A DNA stretch of 64,000 nucleotides from Gnetum montanum (taxonomy: Eukaryota; Plantae; Gnetophyta): assembly GCA_015680685.1 (NCBI GenBank), contig MNCI01001745.1, forward strand, positions 179,564 through 243,563, read 5' to 3'. The notes under the pieces were generated by a model. That model was not told the origin of the DNA. It ran no database searches and was given only the letters and a program-made list of their open reading frames with translations. Below, one piece after another: positions 61,701 to 64,000 of the stretch. Made by a program: the position numbers and the translations under genes. Positions within the stretch are counted from its first letter, which is position 1; each line of letters starts with the position of its first letter.

Positions 61701-62887
61701 TCTAAACCAAATGGAATGAATCAGACTAATAAGAGCTCTCTTAACTCATGATAGATTCTAGTTGAGGGGCTACAAATTCAAAGAATGAGAAAAAATTATT
61801 AACAAAACAATTATTCAACTCCTTGTAGTTATATGAACAAGATGTGAGGTGATTTTAGCTTTTAATTTTTGTAATGGTTGTAACTACTAGAGGCTGCTAT
61901 ATAAAGCCTAGAGTAGAGTTGTTAAAGGCATTCAGCCCAATGAGAGAATACAAGAAAAACTAGGAGCGATTTCCTATATGATGGCATTCTAACTTTAAAT
62001 TTGATTAAGCTAATTTACTTCTATCTTATGAATTAATTCACATTTCCTTGCTCTATAATAGTTTCTTTACTACTAGTGAAGATTGTATTGAGCCTTACAT
62101 TTTGTTCTTAGAATTGTTTAAATTGCTTAAGTAGCTCTGTGTTTAGCAATGTTTGGTATTTATTGACTAGTTCAAAACATCTTTAGTTTTTAAAAGTATT
62201 TTATCATGTTAGTAGTAGCCTTATTTCAAATTACCTGTTTGAGATAAATGGTTTAACAATTTTTGGTATTGTTGACTAATTTGAAACATCTTTAGTTCTT
62301 CAGTGCTTACTCATGTCAGTAATACCTCATTTCAATGTTTAAGATTCTATGTAATTCTACTATTTTACTTTTCAAAATCTATTGAATCTTAATCTTTTTC
62401 TAGTTTTCTTATGGAAGTTTCTCTATAGGGAATATTGGCAGAAATTTTGTGGACTTGCACTTAAGCATTAGATAAAAGACTAGATTGCATAGGTAGCATA
62501 TAATCTGGACTATACAGATGAGGTAGCTTTGATATAGCAGAAATTTTATTTTCATATAGAATAGAGTAAATATCGTTAAATCTTTTTATAAAAGTGATTT
62601 TATTTGTCTAACTCTTAGTAGATTATATTATGAAGTTTATACTAAATGATAGATCAAAACACATAGTTTTCCTATAATGACTAAGTTTATTTGGAGGTAT
62701 CTAGGCCTTTGTGTTTGCAAAGACCAATAAAAAACTAAACTTGAGTTTTGAAAGAATTCTCATATTTGAGATTTTTATCATGAAGGAGAAGAGAACATTG
62801 GAGCTAAATAGAGCTTTTACCCACTATTAGTTTCTTGTGGTTAAGGAAAGATTAAGAAAGCAGTGTGGTCCAAAGTAGGCATTAACA
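58761..62887 (+). repeat. 3' LTR of element E (~4.1 kb)
   Basis: TG start after PPT, AACA end where similarity to the 5' LTR stops; many CCACATCAGC/CCATGTTAGC units. Confidence 0.72.
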
Positions 62888-64000
62888 ATTTTCTTGTTTC
62901 TTTCTTAGTTTTAGTTCAAAAATCTAATATGAGGTTTTATATCAAAATATGATTCCTAAGATTAATGCTTGCAAAATGAAGAATAAATTAAACAATTATT
63001 AATATTTATTAGAATAGAATAAAAATTGCTACAACAATAAATTCAATAGGTAGAAACTTATATCAAGCATTAGATTTAGTAAGAAATAATGTTAAAGTAA
63101 TTAATTAGTAAGTCATCATCAAAATTCATTCCAAATACTCACATGCTAGAGATTCTCCTATTAACACTAAGATCATAGTTGGAAAATGTGCTAGTTACAA
63201 AATGGTTTTAAAACATAGAGAATTAAAGTTGTGAAAACTCAATGGTACTCATGTAGATTTCAGAAAGATTACATAAGGCTTACTAGGGCTTCTTCGTATA
63301 GTTTAATAGATTCATCTTTAGCTTTCTCAACTAGATGATGGCCAAGCAAATAAATGGTTTCTATTTAAAGAAAAACCATGTATTTATAATGGTAGGACTA
63401 AATGAGGATTTTCTTAACTATAAGAAATTACCTCTTTTGATGTGCCATCATTCCCACCTCTTAAAGAAAATCATGTTTCTTATACATATATATGGTGCTA
63501 TTCTATTCCACCATATAAGGCCTTGCCTCTAATAAATATTAGAGGTTTGATAAAGATCATACCCCATCTAACATATCAAATTGAAACTCAAATTTTCTAC
63601 TTATACCTACTAAGATCCCTTGGATCTATTGGACTAATTCTAGAGCTTCTTTTATAATTTTTTTTTATTTATAAATCAATAATACCAAATAAAATTGAAC
63701 ATATGACCTAGGATTACAAAGCCAAGGCTATTACCACTAAGCTAATACCTTATTTTATAAGAACTCTAAAACTAGTTATGCCTCATAAAAAGTAGAATGT
63801 AATAAAATATACATGAGACATTACATCTCTTCATATTATAAGAGATGCAATTTGTTACACCAGTTATAAAATATATATGATACTACTCCTTACTTCACTA
63901 ATAATATATATGTGACATGAATAAATCATGCAGAAAAGATGTATAAGAGAATTAATTTTACTCATGTCTCTAATAATATAAATTAAAAAAATAAGGCTAT

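Larger units (their letters stand above)
36331..62887 (+). mobile_element. Element E: ancient AT-rich Tat-type Ty3/gypsy element ordered gag-PR-aRH-RT-RH-INT with ~4.1 kb LTRs; hosts element D
   Basis: Diverged direct repeats 36331-39516 vs 59707-62887; PPT at 58741-58760 then TG; decayed domains in order. Confidence 0.8.

Noticed and set aside
62888-64000. Possible minus-strand copia remnant (LDPR and YEEAL-like fragments)
   Set aside because: Too degraded; only 4-5 residue matches, cannot be supported without a profile search

Overview
Gene-free, heavily decayed plant (land-plant type) heterochromatic window made almost entirely of nested Ty3/gypsy LTR retrotransposons; no host gene, RNA gene or CRISPR array is supported. 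I resolve six elements. A (1-4655, +, fragment), B (4656-13915, -), C (13916-36338, -) and D (41853-54556, +) belong to one Tat-type family: related gag-protease in all four, LTRs starting TGAAACA in B, C and D, and a CAAAGAGGA PPT in C and D. F (21832-30642, -) is a pol-less Athila-like element inserted in C (TSD CATAC, tRNA-Asp PBS). E (36331-62887, +) is a very old AT-rich Tat-type element whose extra RNase H lies upstream of RT and which hosts D. Main result: in element C, gag-protease and RT-RH-aRH-INT are separated by a ~6 kb spacer holding an antisense, multi-intron gene. Its intron positions are conserved in A, B and C, and its protein has an FCP1/NIF (CTD-phosphatase-like HAD) N-terminal domain, a plant-transposon accessory domain and a coiled coil. 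Each element also carries its own CpG-containing short motif (TACGC core in A-D and F) concentrated in LTRs, introns and spacers, which is reminiscent of a VANC-style sequence-specific anti-silencing system (hypothesis). The perfect 322-bp palindrome at 11.9-12.5 kb is most likely an assembly artefact. All domain calls are by-eye motif recognition, not database searches.
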